From Patescibacteria group bacterium (GTDB lineage: Bacteria; Patescibacteriota; Patescibacteriia; JACRDY01), in NCBI GenBank assembly GCA_041671565.1, contig JBAZBH010000004.1, positions 9,308-73,307 of the forward strand: DNA of 64,000 nucleotides, given 5' to 3'. How positions within the stretch are numbered: the stretch's first letter is position 1; every line of letters starts with the position of its first letter. Made by a program: the position numbers and the translations under genes. Shown one piece after another: positions 37,986 to 46,791 of the stretch. The notes under the pieces were generated by a model that did no database searches, was not told the origin of the DNA, and saw only the letters and a list, made by a program, of their open reading frames with translations.

Positions 37986-40184
37986 ATGCCATGGAAACTT
38001 CCGATCCCATCAAAAATAAAAAGGATTGAGACAAAGGATAAAAAAGAAGCGGCTAGTTTTAAAAAAGCCGGTTTTTCTCAAAAAAGAATGAAAAGCGGCA
38101 AGTTTGTTTTAGAAAGAAAACTCCCAAAATGGGAATACTTTCAAGAAAAAGTTCGTGTATTTTTAGATGTTCTTGGATTTCAGGATATTGAATGTGGACA
38201 ATCGGCTCGATTGGGGAGATATCAGATTGATGTTTTTGGTGGGTACGAAGGGACCTTTTTGGTTTTTGAATGCAAAAGTGTTAACGAACCAAAGCGAAAA
38301 ACGATTAGACAGATTATAAATGATTTTGCCGGAAAAAAAGCAGAAATAGAGCAAGCAATAAGAGAAAGATTTGGTTCTAAATACAATGAAGTTAAATTTA
38401 TTTTAGCTCTCGAAGAAATAGACATTTTAGAAGAAGATGAAAAAACTGCTCGTGAAAATGATATTTATATATGGGGTAGTAGTTATTTAAAAACTGGTGA
38501 AGATCTCTTTTCACTTATTGGTCCGTTGGCTTTACATTATGTTTTAAAAGAATTAGGTGTTAGTTCAAAACCCATTAAAGATGAGGAAGGAGGGGCTGAT
38601 TATAAAGTTCCAAGTTTTCGTATAACGGTGGGAGATCAACAATTATATAGTTTTTTTCTTCCTGCCGAAAAATTGTTAAATTTAGTGTATGTTTTTCGTC
38701 TTCAGCCGGGGAATGAAGATGCCTATCAAAGATTTATTTCAAAAAAACGTATTCTCGGAACAAAAGATGAAATTGGTATAACTGATTTTATAAACAACGG
38801 CGGATTTTTTAAAAACACCGTTGTTTGTAGTTTTGAAAGGCAAGTCCATTTTGAGGCAAAACCAACTGGTCTTTTATTGCAATCAACAAATATAGAATTT
38901 GGTATTTTGAGCATTCCAAAATTATATGGAACAGTTTGGGTTATTGATGGACAACATAGAATCTATGGTTATGCCGGTGCAAATCCTGAAACTAAAAAAT
39001 CACATATTGGGATAATGGCTTATCAAGATATTGAAAAAAAACGTCAAGCAAAAGATTTTATTGATATTAATCAAAAACAAAAATCAGTAGATCCTAATAC
39101 TCTTTGGGATTTACTTTCCCAAACAGATCCATATTCAATGCAGGGTGCGATAACAAAAATTGCTCGCGGATTGAATAAAAATGGAATTTTTAAAAATAAA
39201 ATTTTAATTCCAGGGAAAATGTTTCATGGTAAAAAATCATTATATCCATTAAAAATAGCCAATATTTGTAATAGTTTGTATGATCGCAGATTACTTGACT
39301 ATAAAGGCCGCGACAATTTATATAAAAGAACTTCAGATGTAGCGGATAGTAATTATTACCCGGATAGTGTTATAAACTACCCAGTAGATGTCCTTAATCA
39401 GTATTTTTCTTTACTTTGGGATATTGCAGACAAAACTCCAGAATGGAGAAAGGGGTTTATCATTCAAAATAATGGATTTAATATTTTTTTGCGCGTTCTC
39501 GCAGAAGTTTTGAAATTTCAAAAAGGCAATTGGGATAAACAGGTAGCAAAAGAATTAATGGATGAACCATTGAAATTATATTTTGAAGAGCAGTTTGAAA
39601 AAATAAAAGATATAAGGATCTCAACAAGTAATGAGGCGGGTAGAGCAAAGGTTGCTTTAGAAATTATAAAGCATATTAACCAGAAACAAGAGTCTTTTGC
39701 CCGTGAATTTATTGCGGAAACAGAAAAAAGAGAACGGTCGGCTTTTGAAAAATTAGAGCCTTATCAAACATTAAAAGAATTAGAAACAAGTTTAAGGGTT
39801 TTTATTGAGGAAAAATTAAAGCAATTAACACCAAATTGGTGGAAACAAAGAATCCCATCGGATGTTCAGGAAAAAGCTGAAGAAAACATGGCTAAAAACG
39901 AAAGTCCTTGGCCATGGGTACCAATAGAGGAAAAATCGCCGATCTTTTATATTAATTTTCCTGATTATGGGAAAATAATTCAAAGAAAAGATAACTGGAA
40001 TGATATTTTTTCAAAAATATTTAAAGATTCTAATATAATCTTTTCTTGGTTGAGGGAGTTGGAGGATATCCGCAATAAAATTGCCCATTTTCGTCCTATT
40101 TCCGTTGAAGAGTCTACCACCCTTAGACTTAATACAAGTAAAATTATAAAAACTATCAAACCAACAGAAGAGAAAGAGGAGTAG
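37986..40184 (+). CDS. PD-(D/E)xK nuclease - DGQHR - HEPN (Swt1-like) multidomain protein
   Basis: QIDVFG...VFECKS, IDGQHR and C-terminal IRNKIAH (RxxxxH); AT-rich; start placed at 37986 after TTTACT-17-TAATAT. Confidence 0.8.
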   Translation: MPWKLPIPSKIKRIETKDKKEAASFKKAGFSQKRMKSGKFVLERKLPKWEYFQEKVRVFLDVLGFQDIECGQSARLGRYQIDVFGGYEGTFLVFECKSVNEPKRKTIRQIINDFAGKKAEIEQAIRERFGSKYNEVKFILALEEIDILEEDEKTARENDIYIWGSSYLKTGEDLFSLIGPLALHYVLKELGVSSKPIKDEEGGADYKVPSFRITVGDQQLYSFFLPAEKLLNLVYVFRLQPGNEDAYQRFISKKRILGTKDEIGITDFINNGGFFKNTVVCSFERQVHFEAKPTGLLLQSTNIEFGILSIPKLYGTVWVIDGQHRIYGYAGANPETKKSHIGIMAYQDIEKKRQAKDFIDINQKQKSVDPNTLWDLLSQTDPYSMQGAITKIARGLNKNGIFKNKILIPGKMFHGKKSLYPLKIANICNSLYDRRLLDYKGRDNLYKRTSDVADSNYYPDSVINYPVDVLNQYFSLLWDIADKTPEWRKGFIIQNNGFNIFLRVLAEVLKFQKGNWDKQVAKELMDEPLKLYFEEQFEKIKDIRISTSNEAGRAKVALEIIKHINQKQESFAREFIAETEKRERSAFEKLEPYQTLKELETSLRVFIEEKLKQLTPNWWKQRIPSDVQEKAEENMAKNESPWPWVPIEEKSPIFYINFPDYGKIIQRKDNWNDIFSKIFKDSNIIFSWLRELEDIRNKIAHFRPISVEESTTLRLNTSKIIKTIKPTEEKEE

Positions 40185-40305
40185 GGGAGTTTTGTGGATG
40201 AATATCTATAAGTTGATATTCTCTGGGCGAGTATTGTCCCGAGAATTTTTTGTTTATCCTTTACCCCACCCTTGGGGATAACTGGCTATTTACCCCTTAA
40301 CGGCG

Positions 40306-40334
40306 TTGACTTTTGGCTAGCCGGGCTCTATAAT
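40306..40334 (+). promoter_or_regulatory. Sigma70 promoter for the ATP-grasp/KamA cluster
   Basis: TTGACT-17 bp-TATAAT. Confidence 0.75.
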
Positions 40335-40525
40335 TTTGCTAGTGTTAAAGCATAATCCTTTGGAGGGCGAGATAAATAATATGGTCCTAGACCAAGTGGC
40401 GATAGGTGAGAGTGAGCCGCCTAGCGGTTGTCGGTTTTTAAGCAAGTTAAATTTACAAAATAATTTATCGCTTGGTTTGATTATTCAGTCGTTTTAAAAC
40501 CGGCTGTTTTTTAATTAACTAATTT

Positions 40526-41641
40526 ATGACCGAAGGCAACGGGACAAACGGGCAAAACAACAATGGCGTTGGCGCGGCGGCGGATAAAAGGGCCGCGGCT
40601 TTGGTTTTGCCGCAAAAAGTGGCGATCATTTACAGCGAGGTCAAGCGGGAGTATTTTCCTACAGAAACCCAGTATTTGACCGAGAAAGACGCGCTTCGCG
40701 ACGCCCAGGCGGTGGCCGGCTATTTGGAAAAACTGGGCGTGACGCCAATGCTTTATCCCGGCGACGCTGACTTGGCGGAGAAAATCCGTCACGACCGGCC
40801 GGAAATGCTGATCAATATGGTCGGTTCGGTCAAAGGCAATGAGTATCTGGCTTCCGCCATTCCGGCGCTCGCCGAGCTCCTAGACATTCCTTATACTGGC
40901 GCCGGCATTTTGGGCGAGTCGCTCGCTTACAATAAATTTCTGGTTAAAAAACTTTTACAGCAAAACGGCGTGCCGGTACCCAACTACCAGCTGTTTAGTG
41001 ACCAAAATGATTTTCTCGACCCGACACTGCGGTTTCCGGTCATTTCCAAACTCAATGAAATTCATGGCGCCGTGGAAATTACCAAAGACGCCGTGTCCGA
41101 GAACGAAAAGCATTTGCGGGCGCGGCTCAGTTTCCTGATCAAAACCTACGAACAGCCGGTTTTGGTGGAGGAGTTTATCGCCGGCCGGGAAATTTCCGCC
41201 ATGCTTTTGGAAGGTTTGAACAAAAAGGTTTATCTTGCCGAAAAGGTTTTTAACAAGCCGGATGAAAAATACGCCTTTGCCACTTTTGAAGACCAGTGGT
41301 TGGAAGAGGCCTCAGGCAAAGCGCCATTCACTTACCAAAAGTTTCAGGACAATATTCTCAAAGAATATGTGAAAAAAGCCTTTGAAATCACCAAAATGGC
41401 TGACTATGGCAAGTTTGATGTCCGGCTGGATAACTCCGGCCGCTACTACTTTGTGGACTGCAACAGCAACCCGGCGTTTGGCCCGAAAGAAGTGGACTGC
41501 GCCATTGCCAATATCCTTGATCTTTACGGTGTCTCTTTTTTAGAAATTTTGCGGCGGCTCCTCCTTAACACCGCCCGCGACGCCAAGTCCAAGATTTCGC
41601 CCAGCCCGGATTCTGGCGATGACAGCAATAATGAAAAGTAA
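40526..41641 (+). CDS. ATP-grasp ligase (D-Ala-D-Ala ligase-like)
   Basis: IPYTGA, NK..K..L...GVP.P, VLVEEFIAGRE, DYGKFDVR, D.NSNP. Confidence 0.88.
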   Translation: MTEGNGTNGQNNNGVGAAADKRAAALVLPQKVAIIYSEVKREYFPTETQYLTEKDALRDAQAVAGYLEKLGVTPMLYPGDADLAEKIRHDRPEMLINMVGSVKGNEYLASAIPALAELLDIPYTGAGILGESLAYNKFLVKKLLQQNGVPVPNYQLFSDQNDFLDPTLRFPVISKLNEIHGAVEITKDAVSENEKHLRARLSFLIKTYEQPVLVEEFIAGREISAMLLEGLNKKVYLAEKVFNKPDEKYAFATFEDQWLEEASGKAPFTYQKFQDNILKEYVKKAFEITKMADYGKFDVRLDNSGRYYFVDCNSNPAFGPKEVDCAIANILDLYGVSFLEILRRLLLNTARDAKSKISPSPDSGDDSNNEK

Positions 41642-41644
41642 TTT

Positions 41645-42676
41645 ATGAAGAAGCTTAACCTAGGCTTCATCTATAATGTCCGCCACACGGCGCCGGATTT
41701 AAACAATCCGCAGTATTTGCTGGAAGCGGAATTTGACACGCCGGAGACGATTGCCGGCATCACCGGGGCGTTGGAAAGTTTGGGCCACACGGTTTATCCG
41801 GTGGAGGCGGACGAAGACGCTTACCCTAAACTCAAAGAATTAAAAGGCAAAGTTGATTTGGTTTTTAATGTTGCTGAAGGCATTCGCGGCGCCGACCGTG
41901 AAGCGCAGTTGCCGGCGATGATGGAAATGCTCGGCTTGCCTTACACTGGGCCGCCGCCGATCGGCTACGCTTTAGGTTTAAACAAAGCCGTGGCCAAAGA
42001 AATCCTGGCTTATTACCACATTTTAACCCCGCGCTGGCGGACAGTTTCGCGTTTAGAAGAATTGGAACAAAAGCAGTTTGATTTTATGCCGGTGATTGCG
42101 AAGCCGCTGTCCGAAGGCTCGAGCAAGGGGATACAAGCTAAGAATTTAGTTCATAATTTAGCCGACTTAAAAACCATCACGGCGGAACTTTTGGCGGCCT
42201 ATCATCAGCCGGTGCTTTTGGAGGAATATCTGCCGGGCCGCGAGTTTACCGTTGGCGTGATTGGCACGCCACCAGAGGTCCTGCCGATCATCGAGGTGTC
42301 GTTTGACGCTTTACCCCCGGAGATGCCCAAATTTGACCATTTTGAGGCTAAATGGGTATATGACAATCCGGCCACGGAGGCTGATCCGCTGGTTTGCCCG
42401 GCCGTTCTTTCGCCGGAGCTGGAAGGGCAGATCAAGAACCTTTGCCTGCAGGCGTTTGATGTCCTGGAAATGGCGGACTGGGCGCGGTTTGATGTGCGGC
42501 TCGACAAGAATAATTTACCCCACATCTTGGAAGTTAACTGCCCGCCGGGGATTATCCCGGACCCGAAAGAAAATTCCCGCTTTCCGCGGGCGGCGCGGAC
42601 CGCTGGTTACAGTTTCCCGCAAATGTTAGAAAAAATATTGCTGTCGGCTTGCCACAAAACTCTCGCCCCACCTTAG
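41645..42676 (+). CDS. ATP-grasp ligase (D-Ala-D-Ala ligase-like)
   Basis: VFNVAEG, LPYTG, KP..EGSSKGI, LEEYLPGRE, ARFDVR, LEVN..PG. Confidence 0.9.
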   Translation: MKKLNLGFIYNVRHTAPDLNNPQYLLEAEFDTPETIAGITGALESLGHTVYPVEADEDAYPKLKELKGKVDLVFNVAEGIRGADREAQLPAMMEMLGLPYTGPPPIGYALGLNKAVAKEILAYYHILTPRWRTVSRLEELEQKQFDFMPVIAKPLSEGSSKGIQAKNLVHNLADLKTITAELLAAYHQPVLLEEYLPGREFTVGVIGTPPEVLPIIEVSFDALPPEMPKFDHFEAKWVYDNPATEADPLVCPAVLSPELEGQIKNLCLQAFDVLEMADWARFDVRLDKNNLPHILEVNCPPGIIPDPKENSRFPRAARTAGYSFPQMLEKILLSACHKTLAPP

Positions 42677-43574
42677 AAAACTGGTTAAAACCTGCCCGGC
42701 CATCCGCCGGCAGTTTGTGCCGAGCGCGAAGGAGGGGAAAGACGAAGTCCTGACTTCGACTGACCCGCTGATGGAAGAGCACTTTACCGTCACCCGCGGC
42801 CTGGTCCACAAATATGGCAATCGCGCTTTGGTTCTTCTGACTATGAATTGCGCCGCTTACTGCCGGTTTTGCACGCGCCGCCGGTCAGTGTCGGATATTC
42901 AAAAGGGGATGATTACGCCCGCCGACATCAAGAAAATGGTTAGTTATGTCAGAAAGCACCGGGAAATCACCGAGCTGATTTTTTCCGGCGGTGATCCGCT
43001 GACCGTGCCGGCGATTTTAAAAATGGCTTTACGGCAGTTTGCTAGTTTGCCGCAGATTAAAGTCATCCGGGTGGGTTCGCGCCTGCCGGTGTCGAACCCC
43101 GCGGCCGTTAATCGCCAAGTGATTTCGGCGCTTCAGGAAGTTAAAAAGCAACCATTATATCTCATGCTCCACTTTGAACATCCGGCGGAAATCACGCCGG
43201 CAACGGTTGCGGCGGTTAAACGGCTGCAGTCAGTTGCCACCATGACGCTGTCGCAGTCGGTTTCGCTGAAAGGTGTTAATGACTCAGTTAAAACGCTTTA
43301 CGAGCTTTTCAGCCGGCTGGTGGAAATCGGGGTCAAGCCTTATTACCTTTACCGTTGTGACCCAGTCAAAGGAGCCGAGCATTTTATTGTGGATTTTAAA
43401 AAAGAAGTCCGAATTTTTACCGAACTTCGTAAACGCCTCAGCGGTCTCGCCACGCCCCTGTATGTCATTGACGCGCCCGACGGCGCCGGCAAAATTCCCG
43501 TGCCGCTCGATTTCTGGCAGTTTGACGCTACTGGTTACCGAGATTTCCGGGGGAAGAAGTTGAAAGTGATTTAG
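42651..43574 (+). CDS. KamA family radical SAM aminomutase (5' end uncertain, possibly truncated)
   Basis: DPL.E, LVHKY, CAAYCRFCTR, SGGDPL, HFEHP, KPYY, YVID.P.G.GKIP; KamA-like residues extend upstream of the GTG at 42717. Confidence 0.85.
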   Translation, partial: ATKLSPHLRKLVKTCPAIRRQFVPSAKEGKDEVLTSTDPLMEEHFTVTRGLVHKYGNRALVLLTMNCAAYCRFCTRRRSVSDIQKGMITPADIKKMVSYVRKHREITELIFSGGDPLTVPAILKMALRQFASLPQIKVIRVGSRLPVSNPAAVNRQVISALQEVKKQPLYLMLHFEHPAEITPATVAAVKRLQSVATMTLSQSVSLKGVNDSVKTLYELFSRLVEIGVKPYYLYRCDPVKGAEHFIVDFKKEVRIFTELRKRLSGLATPLYVIDAPDGAGKIPVPLDFWQFDATGYRDFRGKKLKVI

Positions 43575-43643
43575 ATAGCCGATAGCACATAGCTCATAGC
43601 CGATAGTTGGACGAGTTGTAAGTTCTTCTTTTTATAATAAAAT

Positions 43644-44984
43644 ATGGAAGGGATACTCGTTATAATAGGGATAGCTATAATTTGGGGAATAATTTCTTGG
43701 TTTATTGAAATTTTTTCTAATTCAAAAAGATACTTAGAATTAAAGCCAAAACTAGATAATTTAGAAAAAGCAACGAAGGAGCAAGAATTAAAAATTTTAA
43801 ACAATGCGGCAAAATTAGAGGCAGAGTCACAGAAAAGATTAGATGAATTTTCGCAAAAAGTTAAGAAAACAAGCGACGAATTTGAGCTAAAAGAAAAATT
43901 ATGGAATGAACAGATGCAGAGGGAGATAGGTGAAATTCAAAAAATAGCTAAACAAAAATCAATGGGATTTCCTTGGTTAGCCGAAGCATATGCAGATTAT
44001 TTCACATTAGAAGATTATAAATTAGAAAAATATCTAAAAGATAAAAAACATCCAGCATATACTGCCGCAGAAAATGTAAGGATTATTAAAAATGAAAAGA
44101 GGGAATTATTGAAGGAAAATAAAATAGTCAGATATAAAATTAATTATTTTGAAAAATTATTTCCATGGCTCTCCGAATTAATTGCTGAAGACGAAGACGA
44201 ATATATTCCAGTTAGAATTGATAATATAGATGATGACAATAATGAAGATAGGGTTAAAGATTTTCTTACACCAGAAGAATACAAAAATCTTCCCTCTGTC
44301 GAAAGAAATCAAATAGCCCTAGATAGATATTTGAAAAATAGAAATAAGTCAAAATGGGCGATTGGCAGAGATTATGAAATGTATGTTGGGTATTTATATG
44401 AACAAGCCGGGTATTCTATCGAATACAAAGGAATTCTCGATGGTTTTGAAGATCTGGGTAGAGATATTATTGCTAAAAAGGGTGGTGAAGTTTGTATTAT
44501 CCAATGTAAACACTGGGCACAATATAAGGAGATACATGAAAAACATATTTTTCAACTCTTTGGAACAACGATGGAATATTGGATAAATAATTATCAAGCT
44601 GTGAGGAGCCAATTAAATTTATTCTCTCAAAATTTGAATAGTAATAATGCACCTAAAAGTTTTGAAGAATTTGCAAAATTTTTAAATGAAAATAAACTTC
44701 GGCCAATATTTTTTACATCAACAAAACTATCTAATAAAGCCAAGGAAATGGCAAATGCCTTGAGCGTTGAAATTAGAGAAAACGAATCACCTGGCGAATT
44801 TCCAAGAATCAAATGTAATATAAATAGCGACGAGTTTAGTTATCCAACAAAAATTTATCACCTGCCAATGGATCAGCAATATGATCGGACTATAATAGGT
44901 AATCGTTCAGGAGAGTTTTATGCTTTTACGGTTAAACAGGCAGAAGATGCTGGATTTAGGCGAGCTTTTAAGCACAGATTTTAG
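43644..44984 (+). CDS. Membrane-anchored Mrr-like restriction endonuclease domain protein
   Basis: N-terminal TM, coiled coil, YE.Y...LY...GY, D.GRDII...IQCK, C-terminal A..AGFRRA; AT-rich. Confidence 0.78.
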   Translation: MEGILVIIGIAIIWGIISWFIEIFSNSKRYLELKPKLDNLEKATKEQELKILNNAAKLEAESQKRLDEFSQKVKKTSDEFELKEKLWNEQMQREIGEIQKIAKQKSMGFPWLAEAYADYFTLEDYKLEKYLKDKKHPAYTAAENVRIIKNEKRELLKENKIVRYKINYFEKLFPWLSELIAEDEDEYIPVRIDNIDDDNNEDRVKDFLTPEEYKNLPSVERNQIALDRYLKNRNKSKWAIGRDYEMYVGYLYEQAGYSIEYKGILDGFEDLGRDIIAKKGGEVCIIQCKHWAQYKEIHEKHIFQLFGTTMEYWINNYQAVRSQLNLFSQNLNSNNAPKSFEEFAKFLNENKLRPIFFTSTKLSNKAKEMANALSVEIRENESPGEFPRIKCNINSDEFSYPTKIYHLPMDQQYDRTIIGNRSGEFYAFTVKQAEDAGFRRAFKHRF

Positions 44985-45068
44985 GTGATTCTTACTGCTC
45001 GTCATTCAAAAAATAAAATTAATATTATATATAAAAAAACACTTACCTTAGTTTTTTATAAAAAGGCT

Positions 45069-45098
45069 AAAGCCCGCGAAATGATTCGCGGGCTTTTT
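45069..45098. terminator. Bidirectional intrinsic terminator
   Basis: AAAGCCCGCGAA-ATGA-TTCGCGGGCTTTTT between convergent genes. Confidence 0.8.
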
Positions 45099-45108
45099 GT
45101 GACGGTTG

Positions 45109-45255
45109 TCAGGAGGGCAGGCCGATATTGCCGGACAGCGCTTGGGCGATGATGCCCAGCAGTTTGACCAGCACTTCTTCCAGGCCGACGAAAATGCTCG
45201 GCAGGAAGAGTTTGATCACGACGATGGCCAGGGCCAGCGACAGCGCGCTTCTCAT
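45109..45255 (-). CDS. Small hydrophobic membrane protein (48 aa)
   Basis: MRSALSLALAIVVIKLFLP...; GC-rich third codon positions; ends at the terminator. Confidence 0.55.
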   Translation of the reverse strand: MRSALSLALAIVVIKLFLPSIFVGLEEVLVKLLGIIAQALSGNIGLPS

Positions 45256-45522
45256 AGATTTTAGTCTATGAATTAGTCCAGCGAGGTTGAACCATTCAGC
45301 CGGGCTGACCACGCCCGCTGTTAGGCTGGCCTTTGGTTTCCCTCCTGGCGCAGTGCTCCTGCGTCAAGAGGGAAAATTGGCAATGTTCAGGGGGTAATAC
45401 CTTTTTAACTTATTTAATCAATCCTGCCAATGATTTTGCTTTTTTGTCAACAGAGGTGTATACTGGAAGCAATTTTGAAAATTAGTAACATTATTTTTTT
45501 GCCGCCGTCTAAATAAGCGTTT

Positions 45523-46101
45523 ATGGCGATTGAATACGAGGCAACATTTTGGCCAGTTGATAAGGATGAAGTCAGAGACAGATTGAAACAAGCCGGCGCA
45601 AAACTTTTGCGGCCGGAATTTTTGCAACGGCGGTATAATTTTGCTTTGCCGGGCGTCGGTAAGGTGACGGACACTTGGCTCCGGGTGCGCGACGAGGGGG
45701 ATCAGATTACGATGAGCCTGAAAGGCGTTTACGGCGAGCGGATTGAAGACCAAAAAGAGATTTGCCTGAAAGTTGATAATTTTGAAGAAGCGAAAAATTT
45801 TCTGGAAGGCTTAAACTGCCAGATTAAATCTTACCAAGAGACCAAAAGAGAAATTTGGCAGCTTGACGGCGTCGAGATTGTGATTGACGAGTGGCCTTTT
45901 CTGGAGCCGCTGGTTGAAATCGAAGGCCCGGGTGAGGCGGCGGTCAAAGCCGCAGCCGTTAAGGCCGGGTTTGATTACACCACGGCGCAGTTTTGTTCCG
46001 TTGCCAAACTCTATAAAGACAAATATAACTTAGAATGGGACCAAATCAGCAACCAGACGCCGAAAATTGTTTTTGAAATGGCTAATCCGTTCGTTAAGTA
46101 G
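45523..46101 (+). CDS. CYTH domain protein
   Basis: IEYEATF (ExExK-like), WLRVR, YQETKRE.W, EIEG motifs. Confidence 0.88.
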   Translation: MAIEYEATFWPVDKDEVRDRLKQAGAKLLRPEFLQRRYNFALPGVGKVTDTWLRVRDEGDQITMSLKGVYGERIEDQKEICLKVDNFEEAKNFLEGLNCQIKSYQETKREIWQLDGVEIVIDEWPFLEPLVEIEGPGEAAVKAAAVKAGFDYTTAQFCSVAKLYKDKYNLEWDQISNQTPKIVFEMANPFVK

Positions 46102-46115
46102 TTAAGAGGGGCTAT

Positions 46116-46748
46116 ATGGCTAATTGGGATAAAATTTATCGTGATTATAAAAAAGGAGGCGAGGCATGGGCAACTCTCAGTGAAGATATTCATCCGCTGT
46201 TTAAAAGCTTAATCAAGAAAACAAATTTTAAGTTTAAACAGGTTTTGGATATTGGCTGTGGTACCGGAAAATACGCCCTTTTCTTGACTGGCAAGGGATT
46301 TGCGGTTGATGGCATTGATTCTAGCGCTACCGCTATCCAAATGACTAAAGATTTACTTGGCAAGAAAGCCGGCCTAATAAAAAAGGCCAATATGTTTAAA
46401 TCGCGTATCGCTAAAGGCAAGTATGATTTGATAATTTCCGTGGCCACCATACATCACGGCGTTAAAAAAGATATTCAAAGTTTGATTGATAAAATATTTT
46501 TTTCTTTGGTGGCGGGTGGTAAGGCGTTTATTACTCTGCCAGACTTCGAAAGTTCAAAGAAATGGAATACCTTTAAAGATCATCAGGATTTGGGCGGCGG
46601 TACCTTCACTCCATTGTCCGGCCCGGAAAAAGGTTTGCCTCATAGTTTTTACACTAAGGTGGAAGTTCAAAAATTATTTACCCAATTTAGTAAGGTCAAA
46701 ATAAGCTTGGATAATATTGGTCGTTGGGTGGCTCAAGCGTCTAAGTAA
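46116..46748 (+). CDS. Class I SAM-dependent methyltransferase
   Basis: VLDIGCGTG, GIDSS, YDLII motifs. Confidence 0.9.
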   Translation: MANWDKIYRDYKKGGEAWATLSEDIHPLFKSLIKKTNFKFKQVLDIGCGTGKYALFLTGKGFAVDGIDSSATAIQMTKDLLGKKAGLIKKANMFKSRIAKGKYDLIISVATIHHGVKKDIQSLIDKIFFSLVAGGKAFITLPDFESSKKWNTFKDHQDLGGGTFTPLSGPEKGLPHSFYTKVEVQKLFTQFSKVKISLDNIGRWVAQASK

Positions 46749-46791
46749 CAGATTTTATAACCTTTCAGAATAAAGTTTATTAAAACAGTTT

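Noticed and set aside
40190-40285. DnaA-box-like 9-mers (TGTGGATGA, TGGGGATAA) as a possible oriC
   Set aside because: Only two mismatched boxes, no dnaA nearby and no switch in gene strand
37807-45100. Integrative element or prophage at tRNA-Asn
   Set aside because: No integrase or phage genes, and I found no distal duplication of the tRNA 3' end
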